Shown: one piece after another, positions 1-11,700 of the stretch
How the letters are laid out: each line of letters opens with the position of its first letter
How positions within the stretch are numbered: the first letter of the stretch is position 1
Origin: an uncultured Roseburia sp.
Lineage (GTDB): Bacteria; Bacillota; Clostridia; Lachnospirales; Lachnospiraceae
DNA: 64,000 nucleotides
Direction of reading: 5' to 3'
Assembly (NCBI GenBank): GCA_934292805.1
Contig: CAKQXQ010000009.1
Coordinates: 8,804 to 72,803 of the forward strand
Program-made: the position numbers and the translations under genes
Notes under the pieces: generated by a model
Told to the model about the DNA's origin: nothing
Databases searched by the model: none
The model's input: only the letters and a program-made list of their open reading frames with translations

Positions 1-121
1 CATTTAACTCCATCTCTTTGAAATAGCTAAGTATCTCTTCTCTGGATAATGGTGTTGCTGATGTGCGGATAATTTCAGCAACCTCTCTGATTGTTTCGGT
101 AAATATACTCTGATCTAACAT
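1..121 (-). CDS. N-terminal 40 codons of an unidentified protein; the gene continues past the window start
   Basis: ATG at 121-119 on the minus strand follows AGGAGAAAAAA. The frame stays open to the window edge and reads MLDQSIFTETIREVAEIIRTSATPLSREEILSYFKEMELN. I recognise no family. Confidence 0.4.
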   Translation of the reverse strand, partial: MLDQSIFTETIREVAEIIRTSATPLSREEILSYFKEMELN

Positions 122-165
122 TTTTTTCTCCTGATAATGATTCAGACATATTCCTGTCTGATCTG

Positions 166-1335
166 TTAGTCTGCCAGAATTTCTTCTGCCAGTGCTTCCA
201 TCTGGTCTTTGTCTGCATCTTTCATAACAGACTTAATGCTTACTGTGTTCTCACATACGGAGAGCTCTTTCATTGTTTCTAATATGCTCTTCATGCCGCG
301 TGCTGCACAAGGTGCCCATGAACCATTTTCAATGATTCCGATCTTTCTCTTCTGAAAATTCTTGTGCGCAAGGCGATGTAAGAAGTCTTCCATTGGTGGG
401 AAAATACCTCCGTCATAAGACGCTGCTGCCAGAACGATCTTTCCATAACAGAATGCATCTGCAACCGCTTCTGCCATATCATCTCTTGTAAGATCCATAA
501 ATACAACCTTTGATGCACCTTTTTCACGCAGTATTTCCGTCATTTTTAAAGCTGCTGCTTTTGTATTTCCGTGAATGGAGGCACAAGCTACCAAAATACC
601 ATCTTCTTCCGGCTCATAGCTGCTCCATGTCAGATATTTTCCGATATAAAATTCCAGATTTTCTTTTAAAATTGGTCCGTGTAACGGGCAGATCATACGG
701 ATATCAAGTGCAGCTGCTTTCTTTAATAATCCCTGTACCTGTACGCCGTATTTTCCGACGATATTGATGAAATATCTTCTTGCCTCTGCAGTCCAGTCTT
801 CCTCTGCCGAAAGTGCTCCGAATTTTCCGAATCCATCTGCTGAAAACAGGATCTTCTCTGTCTCTTCATACTCTACCATAACTTCCGGCCAGTGAACCAT
901 CGGTGCCATGACAAAATGGAGTTTGTGTGTACCAAGCTCTAACGTGTCACCCTCTTTTACGGTAATACAACGCTCATCCAGATTGGCAATCTCGAAAAAC
1001 TGTGGCAGCATTGCTTTCGCTTTCACACTCAATACAAGCTTTGCATCTGGAAATCTGTCTGCTGCACGTTTGATATTTGCTGCATGATCCGGCTCAAGAT
1101 GTGAGATCACAAGATAGTCTACTCCTCTTCCGCTCAATGCGTTTTCAAGATTTGCAAACCATTCATCTGTTTTTCTCTCATCAATGGTATCCATCACAGC
1201 CACTTTTTCATCCAAAATCACATAGGAATTATAAGAAACTCCGTTCGGGATCTGGTACTGGCTCTCAAATAAATCCAAAGTTGTGTCATCTGCTCCAATA
1301 TACTTAATTGCTTCTGAAATATAGGTATCTTTCAT
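166..1335 (-). CDS. FprA-type flavodiiron protein (metallo-beta-lactamase-like domain plus flavodoxin-like domain)
   Basis: Carries the HLEPDH di-iron motif and a C-terminal flavodoxin-like half. The start was moved from 1341 to the ATG at 1335, because GGAGG abuts the first ATG but sits 6 nt from the second. Confidence 0.85.
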   Translation of the reverse strand: MKDTYISEAIKYIGADDTTLDLFESQYQIPNGVSYNSYVILDEKVAVMDTIDERKTDEWFANLENALSGRGVDYLVISHLEPDHAANIKRAADRFPDAKLVLSVKAKAMLPQFFEIANLDERCITVKEGDTLELGTHKLHFVMAPMVHWPEVMVEYEETEKILFSADGFGKFGALSAEEDWTAEARRYFINIVGKYGVQVQGLLKKAAALDIRMICPLHGPILKENLEFYIGKYLTWSSYEPEEDGILVACASIHGNTKAAALKMTEILREKGASKVVFMDLTRDDMAEAVADAFCYGKIVLAAASYDGGIFPPMEDFLHRLAHKNFQKRKIGIIENGSWAPCAARGMKSILETMKELSVCENTVSIKSVMKDADKDQMEALAEEILAD

Positions 1336-1428
1336 GGTCATCCTCCATTTGAAACTGTTTTATCAATAATAGTAATAGTTACTGATATTAAAATAGTATA
1401 TCTGTATAAAAATGTCAATTGTTTTCTC

Positions 1429-2985
1429 TTAAAAAATCTTTGTCGTCCATTTTGAGCAGTCCCAGACGTCATTTACAATGTCCTGGTAAAACTCCGGCTC
1501 ATGGCAGATCAAAAGGATACCGCCCCGGTATTCCTGCAATGCACGCTTTAATTCGTCTTTCGCATCGACGTCAAGATGGTTGGTTGGCTCGTCTAAGAGC
1601 AGAACATTGGTCGATTTGTTGATCAGCTTGCAAAGTCTGACCTTAGCCTGCTCTCCACCACTTAATACACGTACCAGACTCTCAATATGTTTTGTGGTAA
1701 GTCCACATTTTGCAAGTGCTGAACGCACTTCATACTGGCTGAAAGCCGGGAACTCTTCCCAGATTTCTTCGATACAGGTATTCTTATTCTCTCCTTTGAT
1801 CTCCTGCTCAAAATATCCGATCTCCAGATTTTCTCCAAGCTCCACAGAACCGGAAATGGATGGGATCAGTCCCAAAATACTCTTAAGCAGTGTTGTCTTA
1901 CCTATCCCGTTCGCACCAATGAGCGCGATCTTGTGTCCACGCTCCATTGAAATATTTAAAGGCTTAGACAGCGGTTCATCATATCCGATCACCAGATCTT
2001 TTGTTTCAAAAATATAACGTCCCGGAGTTCTTCCAAGCTTAAAATTAAATTCCGGCTTCGGACGCTCCGCTGCAAGCTCGATCACATCCATTTTATCCAG
2101 CTTTTTCTGGCGTGACATCGCCATATTTCTTGTTGCAACACGTGCTTTATTTCTCGCCACAAAATCCTTTAGTTCGCTGATCTCCTGCTGCTGCTTTCTG
2201 TATGCTGCTTCCAGCTGCGCCTTTTTCACTTCATAGACTTCCTGGAACTTATCATAATCTCCGACATAACGGTCAAGGTGCTGGTTCTCCATATGATAAA
2301 TGATATTAATTACATCATTCAAAAACGGAATGTCATGGGAAATAAGAATGAATGCATTCTCGTATTCCTGCAGATAACGCTTCAGCCATGCGATATGCTC
2401 TGCATCCAGATAGTTTGTCGGCTCATCTAAAAGCAGGATATCCGGTTTCTCCAAAAGGAGCTTTGCAAGTAAAACCTTCATACGCTGTCCACCGCTTAAA
2501 TCCGTAACATCATGATCAAGTCCAAGATCAAGAAGACCAAGTGCCCTTGCTACTTCTTCCACTTTTGCATCAATGATATAGAAATCATGCATTGTCAGCG
2601 TATCCTGGATCACTCCAAGTTCCTCCATCATTGCATCCATCTCATCCGGATCTGCCTCTCCTAATTTATCACAGATCTCATTCATCTTCTCTTCCAGTTC
2701 AAACAGCCATGCAAATGCTGATTTTAAAACACTTTCGATCGTCATTCCTTTGGTTAATGTAGAATGCTGGTCAAGATAACCAACGCGGACATTCTTTGCC
2801 CATTCTACTTTTCCCTCATCCGGCATCAGCTTCCCGGTTACAATGTTCATAAAGGTAGATTTTCCTTCGCCGTTGGCACCGACTAATCCGATGTGTTCTC
2901 CCTTCAAAAGTCTGAAAGACACATCATTAAAAATTGCTCTGTCACCAAATCCATGTGTCAGGTGTTCTACATTTAATATACTCAT
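1429..2985 (-). CDS. ABC-F family ATPase (two ABC cassettes, no membrane domain)
   Basis: Two Walker A motifs (GANGEGKST, GANGIGKTT) and two signature motifs (LSGGQ, LSGGE), joined by a charged inter-domain linker. Confidence 0.9.
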   Translation of the reverse strand: MSILNVEHLTHGFGDRAIFNDVSFRLLKGEHIGLVGANGEGKSTFMNIVTGKLMPDEGKVEWAKNVRVGYLDQHSTLTKGMTIESVLKSAFAWLFELEEKMNEICDKLGEADPDEMDAMMEELGVIQDTLTMHDFYIIDAKVEEVARALGLLDLGLDHDVTDLSGGQRMKVLLAKLLLEKPDILLLDEPTNYLDAEHIAWLKRYLQEYENAFILISHDIPFLNDVINIIYHMENQHLDRYVGDYDKFQEVYEVKKAQLEAAYRKQQQEISELKDFVARNKARVATRNMAMSRQKKLDKMDVIELAAERPKPEFNFKLGRTPGRYIFETKDLVIGYDEPLSKPLNISMERGHKIALIGANGIGKTTLLKSILGLIPSISGSVELGENLEIGYFEQEIKGENKNTCIEEIWEEFPAFSQYEVRSALAKCGLTTKHIESLVRVLSGGEQAKVRLCKLINKSTNVLLLDEPTNHLDVDAKDELKRALQEYRGGILLICHEPEFYQDIVNDVWDCSKWTTKIF

Positions 2986-3040
2986 AATTCTCCCTGTTTT
3001 TCTTTTATTCTCTTATGTTCTTATAAGGATCCCATTTTCC

Positions 3041-3075
3041 CAAAAAATTGTGGTGACATCACATATCACCACAAT
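3041..3075 (-). terminator. Intrinsic terminator after the PrsA-like gene; the stop codon lies in the loop
   Basis: A 10-bp perfect stem pairs ATTGTGGTGA (3047-3056) with TCACCACAAT (3066-3075). In minus sense it is followed by U6 (A-run 3042-3047). Confidence 0.75.
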
Positions 3076-4051
3076 ATTTTTCAAAAGTCTCAAAAAATGT
3101 ATTGGTTTTCATATCCGATCCGGTCTTTATTTCCAATTCATCCCAGAGTTTCTGATTTATGCCGGAATCCAGGGATGCTGTGAACTCGCTGTATTCACCG
3201 TCAAATGCTTCTTTTTCCCTTTTTTCTAAAATTCTTGTCTTGTTTGCTTCGGTCAGATCCTTGTCATACTTGTTCAGGCATTTTACAAAGTAATAACCAC
3301 CATCCACTTCGATCCTTCCGCTCACCTGTTCATTCTCCATCTCGAAAACAACATCGGCTGCTTCTTTTGGAAGATCATCTCTTGAAACATTTACCTGAAT
3401 ACTGTCAAGTTCGTTATAATTATTGGCAACTGTTGCAAAATCTTCTCCCTGTGTCAGTCTTGCAGTTACTTCCTCTGCCTTCTTCCTGTCTGTCACATAG
3501 ATCTGCATGATCTCCATCACTCTTGCTTCATCATCGCTTACTTCCTCATTGACTGCATCCGTAAGCGACTGATAAATCTTCTGTGCAAGTGCATAATGTT
3601 CATAATATTCGCGGATATCGCTTTCTGATACCTCCATATAAGAACGTTCCGCATCCGTAAGCGAATCATAATATTCCTTTGCAGCCTCACTGATTACATC
3701 CTTCTGTTCTTTATCCAGAGTGATCTCCTTGGAAGCAGCAAGCTGATCCATGCTCACAACCCTGGCAAGCTCCTGTAATGTAATGCTTTTCACATACTCT
3801 ACCAGAGAGTCGTCTCCGAAATCATGCTGCCAGAGATCCAGTCCATAGGCATCCCCATAAATATTCTGATAATTCACCAGATATACTTTCGCCTCTTTCA
3901 GACTGCAGGATACCTTTCCGATTTTAAAAACCTGATGACTGTTCAATGGACTTGAAACCACGATTTCTTTATTTCCGACTCTGCATCCGGTCAACAACAG
4001 CAAAAGACCAAGCAGGCCTGCTGTCATCATTTTTCTAATTCTGTTCTTCAT
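3059..4051 (-). CDS. PrsA/SurA-like lipoprotein, a putative extracytoplasmic foldase
   Basis: Signal peptide with lipobox LLTGC. Overall similarity to PrsA-type foldase lipoproteins. The family call rests on my recognition only. Confidence 0.6.
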   Translation of the reverse strand: MKNRIRKMMTAGLLGLLLLLTGCRVGNKEIVVSSPLNSHQVFKIGKVSCSLKEAKVYLVNYQNIYGDAYGLDLWQHDFGDDSLVEYVKSITLQELARVVSMDQLAASKEITLDKEQKDVISEAAKEYYDSLTDAERSYMEVSESDIREYYEHYALAQKIYQSLTDAVNEEVSDDEARVMEIMQIYVTDRKKAEEVTARLTQGEDFATVANNYNELDSIQVNVSRDDLPKEAADVVFEMENEQVSGRIEVDGGYYFVKCLNKYDKDLTEANKTRILEKREKEAFDGEYSEFTASLDSGINQKLWDELEIKTGSDMKTNTFFETFEKYCGDM

Positions 4052-4071
4052 ACTACCAAACTTCCATCCAT

Positions 4072-4335
4072 CTATGCTTCCACTACCAGATATCTGCCAT
4101 CCGGAAGTGCAAATACTTCACTGGCATCTTCAAAATCATGGAGTGTCATTCCATCAATATCTGCCCCCTGATCTTCAAAATAAGCTTTTACTTCTTTCAG
4201 GTTCTTACAGATAACTGCCATACAGTCCTCTAAAAATTCTTCTGCCTCTTCCGGTGTTTCTGCTACAGATTCCGGAAAAAGCTGGCTTTGATTCTCGAGA
4301 AAATATAAAAGACATACCTCATCAAATTCGTTCAT
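4072..4335 (-). CDS. Small, very acidic protein of unknown function (87 aa)
   Basis: Good SD (GAAGGAG, 8-nt spacing). Tightly packed between maf and the PrsA-like gene. The sequence is rich in Asp and Glu. Confidence 0.6.
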   Translation of the reverse strand: MNEFDEVCLLYFLENQSQLFPESVAETPEEAEEFLEDCMAVICKNLKEVKAYFEDQGADIDGMTLHDFEDASEVFALPDGRYLVVEA

Positions 4336-4429
4336 ATCAGATACTCCTTCCTGCTCTTTTGTCCTAATTTATACTTGCAACTGCTTTATGGTTCTTCTTT
4401 TCCAACGCAGTTTTTTTATCTTTAGTAGT

Positions 4430-5056
4430 TTACCACAGATACGGATCAATTCCAAGACTTTGCAGTTCTTTATAAATACGTGCAACCGGAAGACCGACTA
4501 CATTATTGTAATCTCCTTCAATTCCTTCAATATAAATCGCACATTTTCCCTGGATGCCATAAGCTCCGGCCTTATCCATCGGTTCCCCGGTCGCCACATA
4601 GCGTTCTATTTCTGTTTCTGTCAGCTGTTTCATTGTAACAAATGTTTTTTCATAAAATGTATGTGCTCCTGCCCGGCCGCTCTGATCCAGAAAAACAAAG
4701 GTTACTCCTGTATACACGGCATGTTTTCTTCCGGAAAGCAGCGCCAGCATCCGCCTGGCATCCGCTTCATCTACCGGTTTTCCAAGGATAAGCTCATCAC
4801 AGGCCACAATCGTATCTGCTCCTATGACTAAAATATCCTGCGGTGTCATAAGCTCTTCATGTCCGCTTTCATAAGCCTTTACCATAGATGCCACTTCTTT
4901 TGCCTTTTGTGCGGAAAGCTCCATCACCACTTCCTCTGGCCTGCTTTTGGAGATGATCTCCTCACCTTTTGCCGGGCAGATCTCAAATTCCAGTCCGATC
5001 TGCTCTAACAATTCTTTTCTTCTCGGCGATGCCGATGCTAATATGATCTGTCCCAT
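4430..5056 (-). CDS. maf: Maf family nucleoside-triphosphate pyrophosphatase
   Basis: N-terminal ILASASPRRKELL motif, typical length, and a GAGGAGAA SD. Confidence 0.9.
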   Translation of the reverse strand: MGQIILASASPRRKELLEQIGLEFEICPAKGEEIISKSRPEEVVMELSAQKAKEVASMVKAYESGHEELMTPQDILVIGADTIVACDELILGKPVDEADARRMLALLSGRKHAVYTGVTFVFLDQSGRAGAHTFYEKTFVTMKQLTETEIERYVATGEPMDKAGAYGIQGKCAIYIEGIEGDYNNVVGLPVARIYKELQSLGIDPYLW

Positions 5057-5069
5057 TTTTTTCTCCTCA

Positions 5070-8000
5070 TTATATAGAAATCACTTCTTCCAGTGTAAAA
5101 GAATAGATCAAAATCTCTTTCACCCGAAGTCCTCGTGCTGCAAAAACGCGTTCCAGTGCGTCTGCATATAACCGAAGCTGTGTCTCATAGCGTTCTTTCA
5201 GTTCCCTGGCATTCTCTACATGGTCTGTCTTATAATCCAGAAGCACGATTCCATCTTCTTCCGTCCAGAATACATCAATGATTCCCTGGATCAGCGTCAG
5301 ATCCTCTTCCTTTGTTCTGACACTCTCTTCTGTTTCTGTTCCAAAGCCATATTTTTCCAGTTCTTTTTCCGAGAATCCCATAACAAAAGGTTTCTCACGA
5401 TAAAGAGTCCCTGCTTTCTGTGCGGCTGCCATCCGCTTTCCGGTTTCTGAGCTGATAAATTGCTGTAACGGTCTTATCTTAACCAGCCTGCTCATTTCTT
5501 TTGTGATTTTCTCTTCCTCCACCATGTGAAGGATCTGTTCCTTCACACCCTGTTCTGAAGTAAAATCATAACATTCCATTACACGATGTACTGCTGTACC
5601 TCTTATTGCCCCAGGACTTCTTCTTTCTGTCTCTGTTCCTGTTTCTTCTACCTCCTGCTGCTTTTGGATAAACAATGGAACTGTCTCAGTTTCCTTTTCT
5701 TCTGCAAAAACTTCTATGGTATCTTCCTGCAAAGCCTCAAATTTTTCACGCATTGCCCGATGCTTTAATTCTGAAACAGAGTATTTGTTCTTGCGTGTAA
5801 TATCGGTCTGATATGGATATTTTACCGCAAATCTCTCTGCAAGCTGTGAAACAAGCCTGTCATCTGTGTCCATGATCTTTTCCATCCGCTCTGTGAGTCC
5901 TGCCGCCTGATCGATCTGATTTTCGATTTCTTTCACAACCAGTTCTGCCGCTTCTACGATCCTCACCTGATACTTCTCTCCATAGGAAAGCACTGCAGGA
6001 AGTACCCAGTCCAGGTAACCTGTGGCTCCTTCCCGGATCAGATAGGAAAGCGGCTCATCTGCCCTATCAGACATTTTTGCCTGAAGCCAGAATGTTTCTA
6101 TTTTTTTTGCCGCATCTTTTAACGTGCCGGTTAAGATCAGTTTTTCTTTTGCACGCGTCAAGGCAACATACAGCACACGGAGTTCCTCACCGAGATTCTC
6201 AAGATCGATCTGCTTTGCAATCGCCTTTTTTGCGATCGTCGGTGATTTGATCCTCTTTCTGCCATCCATATAGTCAAGCCCTATTCCAAGCTCCGGATGC
6301 AGCACCATTTTGCTTCTTGTATCCTGTCTGTTAAAATTTTTTCCCATGCCACTGACAAAAACGACCGGGAACTCAAGTCCCTTACTCTTATGGATACTCA
6401 TAATACGAACGACATCTTCATTCTCACCTACCGTATCCGCCTCTCCAAAATCCACATCATATTTCTGCAGTTCATCAATATATCGCACAAAATGAAAAAG
6501 GCCTTTGTAACTTGTCTTCTCATAAGCGGACGCTTTTTCCAAAAGCATATTCAAATTAGCCGTTCTTCTGCTTCCTGCCGGCATAGCTGCAACATAATTT
6601 CCATAGCCGGTTGTCTTTAAAATAGTTTCTATCAGTTCGTGGATCGGGGTATCCGGCACGAGTTGTCTTAATTTTTTGTATTTTTTGTAAAATACAAGCA
6701 ATTTTCTATGTGCATTTTCCTCGACTCCGTTCCTTTCTTTCTCATATCCCTGTTCCACACTCTGCTCATAAAGTGCTTCTGCAAGTTCTAACACTGCTTC
6801 GTGAAATGGTACTTCTCCATTTTCCAGTCTTAAAAGTGCAAGCTCTTCGTCTGTTACTCCGGCCATCGGTGAGCGGAGCACCGCAGCCATCGGGATATCC
6901 TGTCTTGGATTATCCAAAAGACGGAGCATGGAAAGAACCGTCTGTACCTCCACCGCTGAAAAATATCCGGTTGCTGAAACGGTGTGTGCCGGAATTTTGT
7001 TTTCATTCAGTACTTCTACGAGTGCATCAGCCCAGCCGGTCAGACTTCGGAGTAAAATTACAATATCAGAGTAGCGCACAGGACGGAGTGTCCCGGTTGC
7101 CTTATCTGTTACCAATTGCGTTTTTATAAGATGCCTGATCTCTTCTGCGATGATTTTGGCTTCCAGTGTTTTTTTGTCAGAAAGCTCTGTATCCTCAAGC
7201 AGCTCATCCATGCTGTCTGCCAGTAAGATCTCCGGTAAAAAACCATCTTTTTTCTCTGTGTAGTCTGCTCCCGGATAAAGTGCTGCTTCCTCATCGTATT
7301 CCACATTTCCAAGGCTTCTTGTCATGATCTTATAAAAAATATCATTCGTGCAGGTTAAGACCTCCTCCCTGCTCCGGAAATTTTTGTGAAGGTCGATACG
7401 CTGTGTCTTGCTTTCCGAAAGAGAGTAAGAATCATATTTTTTCATGAAAAGCTCCGGTCTTGCGAGCCGGAAACGATAAATACTCTGCTTTACATCTCCG
7501 ACCATGAATATATTATTCTCCCCCCGCTCCTCTCTTGAGATAGAGCGAAGTAATGTCTCCTGCACTTCATTGCTGTCCTGATACTCATCGATCATGATCT
7601 CTTCAAAGGTATCCCGAAATTCTTCTGCTGTCTTCTTCGCCATCTGCGTCTCTTCATCGACGAGGATCTGTAGTGCAAAATGCTCTACATCCGGAAAATC
7701 CACCAGATTTTTCTGACGTTTTGCATCTGCAAACTTTGCGGCAAACTGCTTTGTCAGACGGATCGCTTCCTCTAACATTGGCTCCGTACGTGATAACTGT
7801 TCTATCATCATCTCCGGCGAACAGAAAAAATATTGTCTGCACAGCTTTTTCACCACATCTTTTGCCTGTTCTCTGAGGCTTTTTACAAGTTCTGCTTTCT
7901 CTGCATCACCATCAAAGCCTCTGCTGCTTGCAAGTCTTTCATATTTTATGGAACCAAGTGCCTGGGACAGATCGCAAAAAGACTCCATCTTCGATAACTG

Positions 8001-8777
8001 TTCGTATAGTTCCAGGTCACTTACCACCGCTTTTTCATACATATAAGGACCATCTGCCTGCTTTGTGATCTTTCTGGCCTGTTCCATCAATTGGACACAG
8101 TCCTTTAGAACAAACCGGATATTCTCCGTCAGAGGTTTCAGCCATACAGCCTGATCCAAAGCCTCCCTATCCTTTACCTGATACGCCCCTGAAAAAGAAT
8201 CCAGCCACTTTTCCGGCCATGGATAACTTCTCGAAAAATCATACAACTGAAGGATCATTTCATTCAGTGCAGCATCTGTCCTGCCGGACGCATACCCTTC
8301 GGTAAAATCCTCAAATGCCTCTGTCGGATCCTCATAGTTCTCTTCCAGAACCCTGCCAAGCACATCTTCTCTCAGTAATTTTAATTCTCCCTCATCACCG
8401 ATCCTGAAATTCGGTTCCAGATCGATCTCATGAAAATGATTCCGTACAACATAGAGACAGAAGCTGTCAATCGTTGTGATCTGTGCATTATGGATCAGTG
8501 TAAGCTGTCTCTGCAAATGTTCCTCACCCGGCTGCTCTTCCAATGCCTTCTCAATCGCATTGCCAATCCTCTCCCGCATCTCCGCTGCCGCGGCATTCGT
8601 AAATGTTACAATCAAAAGATGATCTATGTCTACCGGATGTTCTTTGTCTGTGATCATTTTAACAATTCGTTCGACCAGAACAGCCGTTTTTCCGGAACCT
8701 GCTGCCGCAGATACTAAAATATTCCTTTTTCTGAGATCTATGACCTGCTGCTGTTCGCTTGTCCATGAAACTCCCAT
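5070..8777 (-). CDS. addA: ATP-dependent helicase/nuclease subunit A (AddA)
   Basis: UvrD-type Walker A (AAAGSGKT) and a C-terminal RecB-type nuclease region. It lies directly downstream of addB. The start was set to the second ATG on SD spacing. Confidence 0.92.
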   Translation of the reverse strand: MGVSWTSEQQQVIDLRKRNILVSAAAGSGKTAVLVERIVKMITDKEHPVDIDHLLIVTFTNAAAAEMRERIGNAIEKALEEQPGEEHLQRQLTLIHNAQITTIDSFCLYVVRNHFHEIDLEPNFRIGDEGELKLLREDVLGRVLEENYEDPTEAFEDFTEGYASGRTDAALNEMILQLYDFSRSYPWPEKWLDSFSGAYQVKDREALDQAVWLKPLTENIRFVLKDCVQLMEQARKITKQADGPYMYEKAVVSDLELYEQLSKMESFCDLSQALGSIKYERLASSRGFDGDAEKAELVKSLREQAKDVVKKLCRQYFFCSPEMMIEQLSRTEPMLEEAIRLTKQFAAKFADAKRQKNLVDFPDVEHFALQILVDEETQMAKKTAEEFRDTFEEIMIDEYQDSNEVQETLLRSISREERGENNIFMVGDVKQSIYRFRLARPELFMKKYDSYSLSESKTQRIDLHKNFRSREEVLTCTNDIFYKIMTRSLGNVEYDEEAALYPGADYTEKKDGFLPEILLADSMDELLEDTELSDKKTLEAKIIAEEIRHLIKTQLVTDKATGTLRPVRYSDIVILLRSLTGWADALVEVLNENKIPAHTVSATGYFSAVEVQTVLSMLRLLDNPRQDIPMAAVLRSPMAGVTDEELALLRLENGEVPFHEAVLELAEALYEQSVEQGYEKERNGVEENAHRKLLVFYKKYKKLRQLVPDTPIHELIETILKTTGYGNYVAAMPAGSRRTANLNMLLEKASAYEKTSYKGLFHFVRYIDELQKYDVDFGEADTVGENEDVVRIMSIHKSKGLEFPVVFVSGMGKNFNRQDTRSKMVLHPELGIGLDYMDGRKRIKSPTIAKKAIAKQIDLENLGEELRVLYVALTRAKEKLILTGTLKDAAKKIETFWLQAKMSDRADEPLSYLIREGATGYLDWVLPAVLSYGEKYQVRIVEAAELVVKEIENQIDQAAGLTERMEKIMDTDDRLVSQLAERFAVKYPYQTDITRKNKYSVSELKHRAMREKFEALQEDTIEVFAEEKETETVPLFIQKQQEVEETGTETERRSPGAIRGTAVHRVMECYDFTSEQGVKEQILHMVEEEKITKEMSRLVKIRPLQQFISSETGKRMAAAQKAGTLYREKPFVMGFSEKELEKYGFGTETEESVRTKEEDLTLIQGIIDVFWTEEDGIVLLDYKTDHVENARELKERYETQLRLYADALERVFAARGLRVKEILIYSFTLEEVISI

Positions 8778-8791
8778 ATCCATCTCTCCTG

Positions 8792-11700
8792 TTATTGCTG
8801 ATTCTCATTTTTCATTCTTTGTAATACATCATCTGCATGATCAAATTTTTCCAGTTTATGATAAGAATATCCCGGAAGTCTGTTATCAAACCCGCATACT
8901 GTATGGTATGGGCAATAATCACAGCCGGTCCTGCCATCCAGAGAATATGGATGGACTGAAATATCACCTGCAAATATTTTCTTTCCGGTCTCTTTGATCT
9001 TCTCCCTGACATAATCTGACATCACCGCAAAATCAGCCGTACTGGCAGCCTTTGAAGTTGCCTTTAAGGTACCATCCGTCTTCTTTCCGATCGGGATAAC
9101 CGAAGAATTTCCGGTGAAATCGGCATCCATTGCCTCATATATCTCCGGATTTTTATTTACCAGTCCATTTAATTTTAACTGTTCTAATACTCTGTTTCGG
9201 ATTTCTTCTTCCGTTTCATTATAATAACCATCCACCATCGGATTTTGAATATGATAGTAGAAAATCCCTGCCGGTTCTGCCTTTTTGCCCGGATGCCGCT
9301 TTTCTTCAAGTTCTAAGGCAGCATTCATGTAAACCACGAGCTGTAACTGTAACCCATGATATAGATTTACAAGGGAAAAACTTGTGTTTCCGGATTTGTA
9401 ATCAACGATCTTCACATAAACTTTATCTGTAGTCTCATAGGTATCCACTCTGTCGATCCTTCCAAGAAGATTCATCTTCTCCTCATCACTTAACTGAAAA
9501 TGGATCGCATCAAGCTTATCAGCCCTTGAGAAAGATACCTCAAAATCACTCGGTACAAATTTTCCTTTCCGGATCTGTGTGGTAAGTGCCCATACCGTAC
9601 GTTTCATCGTCTGACGCATCCGGCCGGTCAGATAGCGGTTTCTCACATTTTCAAAAGCCCCTGCATTTTTACATCCGGCGATCGCATCATCCATACTTTC
9701 TTCTATATAAGCATCACACACTTCTTCCGGAATATTAAACCATGTATACTCAGACTTTTCTATTCTTCCCGAAAAATGCTCCAGTGCATCATGATAAATA
9801 TTTCCCATATCAACGCTCGCAAATTCCAGAAGCTGGCGTTCCTTTAACTTCAGTCCATAGTCCAGATAATGTGCATACGCACAGGCAGCAAAACGTTCCA
9901 GCCTTGTAACACTATTGGCTAATGTTGTTCCATACAGTGCCTTCGTCACCGCATGACTGACCGGTTCATCACTGTGTACCTCATACGCAGTCTTTAAAAG
10001 TCTTTCTGCCTCTTCTTTCCATTCTTCATCATCCAGATAATACTTTGCCAGTGCATTCCACAGTTCTTCCCACTCGCAGCAAGCTGCATTTTCTCCTTCT
10101 GTGCCCTCCAAAGCTATTTTTTCCTCGTCTTCTTTGAGCCCTTCCAGGAAAAAGGCCATACTTCCCGCCGGTGTCATAAGGCAGTCTGCCGGTGCTGCCT
10201 CCTCGATTTCTTCTATTGTTATTTCCGGAAACATTTTTAATAATGTTCCAACAAAGTAGGATCTCCTCTGTGCTTTGCCTTCTGCATTGACCTTAGAAAA
10301 AGTCACATAAAGAAAATCCGAAGGCTTCGTCACATTCAGATACAGATAAAAACGCTGGATAAATACCTTTTCTCTTGCTCCCGGTGCAAGTTCCAGATTA
10401 CAGGAAGCCATTTTCTCTCTTTCAAACTGTGAGATGATTCCTCCGGTATTGCCTGCTTTCGGTACAACTCCGTCATTTACCCCTATAAAAAATAAAATCT
10501 TAATATGGTTCAATCTTGTTCTCTCTATATCACCAACTGTGACATTATCATTTCCCGGAGGGATCACACCGATCTTGGCCGCCTCGAATCCGGCATCCAG
10601 AATGTCTGCATATTCTCTGATCAAAAGCACTTCGTCACCAAGAAAATCAACAATCTTATCGAACAATTCCATTGTGATCTTATAAATCTGGCTGTATTCC
10701 TTTGCACGGACCATATCCCCCTGCTGCTCGAACTCCTGCTCCTTTTGTTTTAATTTTTGTTCTATTTTTAATTCTTCGATCAATTCATACAATAATGTTG
10801 TCAGCTCTCTGACTGTCTTTTTGTCCGCAAAACCATTCAGAAGCGGTTCAAAAAAATGAAAAACCTCTTCCCTTACCTGATTCATTTCCTCCAGGCTCTC
10901 TTTTTGGGAATCATTTAATACAAAAGTCCATGCTTCCTTCCATTTCTTCTTTCCACGGATTCCCTTTGCAAGCACATAGTTTTCCAGAAGATCGATCTGG
11001 CGTTCTGTAATATCCGTCAGTCCACAGCGTAAGAACCGAAAAACGCTCTCGTAGGAGAAATCCTGTTCCACAACTTCAAGCACCGCACGGATAAACTCTA
11101 TAAATGGATGGAATAAAATCGTATGTGTCTGATCGATGAAATATGGGATTTCATATGCACCGAAAATCTCGTCGACATAATTGTCATATAAACTGACGTC
11201 CCCGGTTACCACCGCGATATCTTTATAGCAATAATTCTTCTCCCGCACACATTTCGTGATCTCGCGTGCCACAAACTTTAGTTCCTCACGCGGATTTTTC
11301 AGGCAGGCGATCCGAAGTTCCTCTTTTTCCTCCCGCCATTTATGATAATAAGGACGGAACAGATTCTGTTCCATAAAATAAAGAGATGGTGCATTTTTAT
11401 ACCGATGCTTCTTTCCGTCTGACAGCACTACCGGTTCTTTCACTTCCACATGGAGTTCCTCTGCCATTTTCAACAGAACAGACACTGTTTTCTTACTCAT
11501 GGCAAAAAGCTCCTGCTCTCCTCTGCAATGGTAGAAATCCTCTCCCGCATCCATTGTCACAGAGACATAGATCCGCTCTGCCAATGTCAGAAGCTTTCGA
11601 AACAGCTGATTCTGAATTGGCGTGAATCCTGTAAATTCATCAAAAATGATCACACTGTCCCTTAAGATCACAGAATCCTCTGCAACATCACATAACAGGG

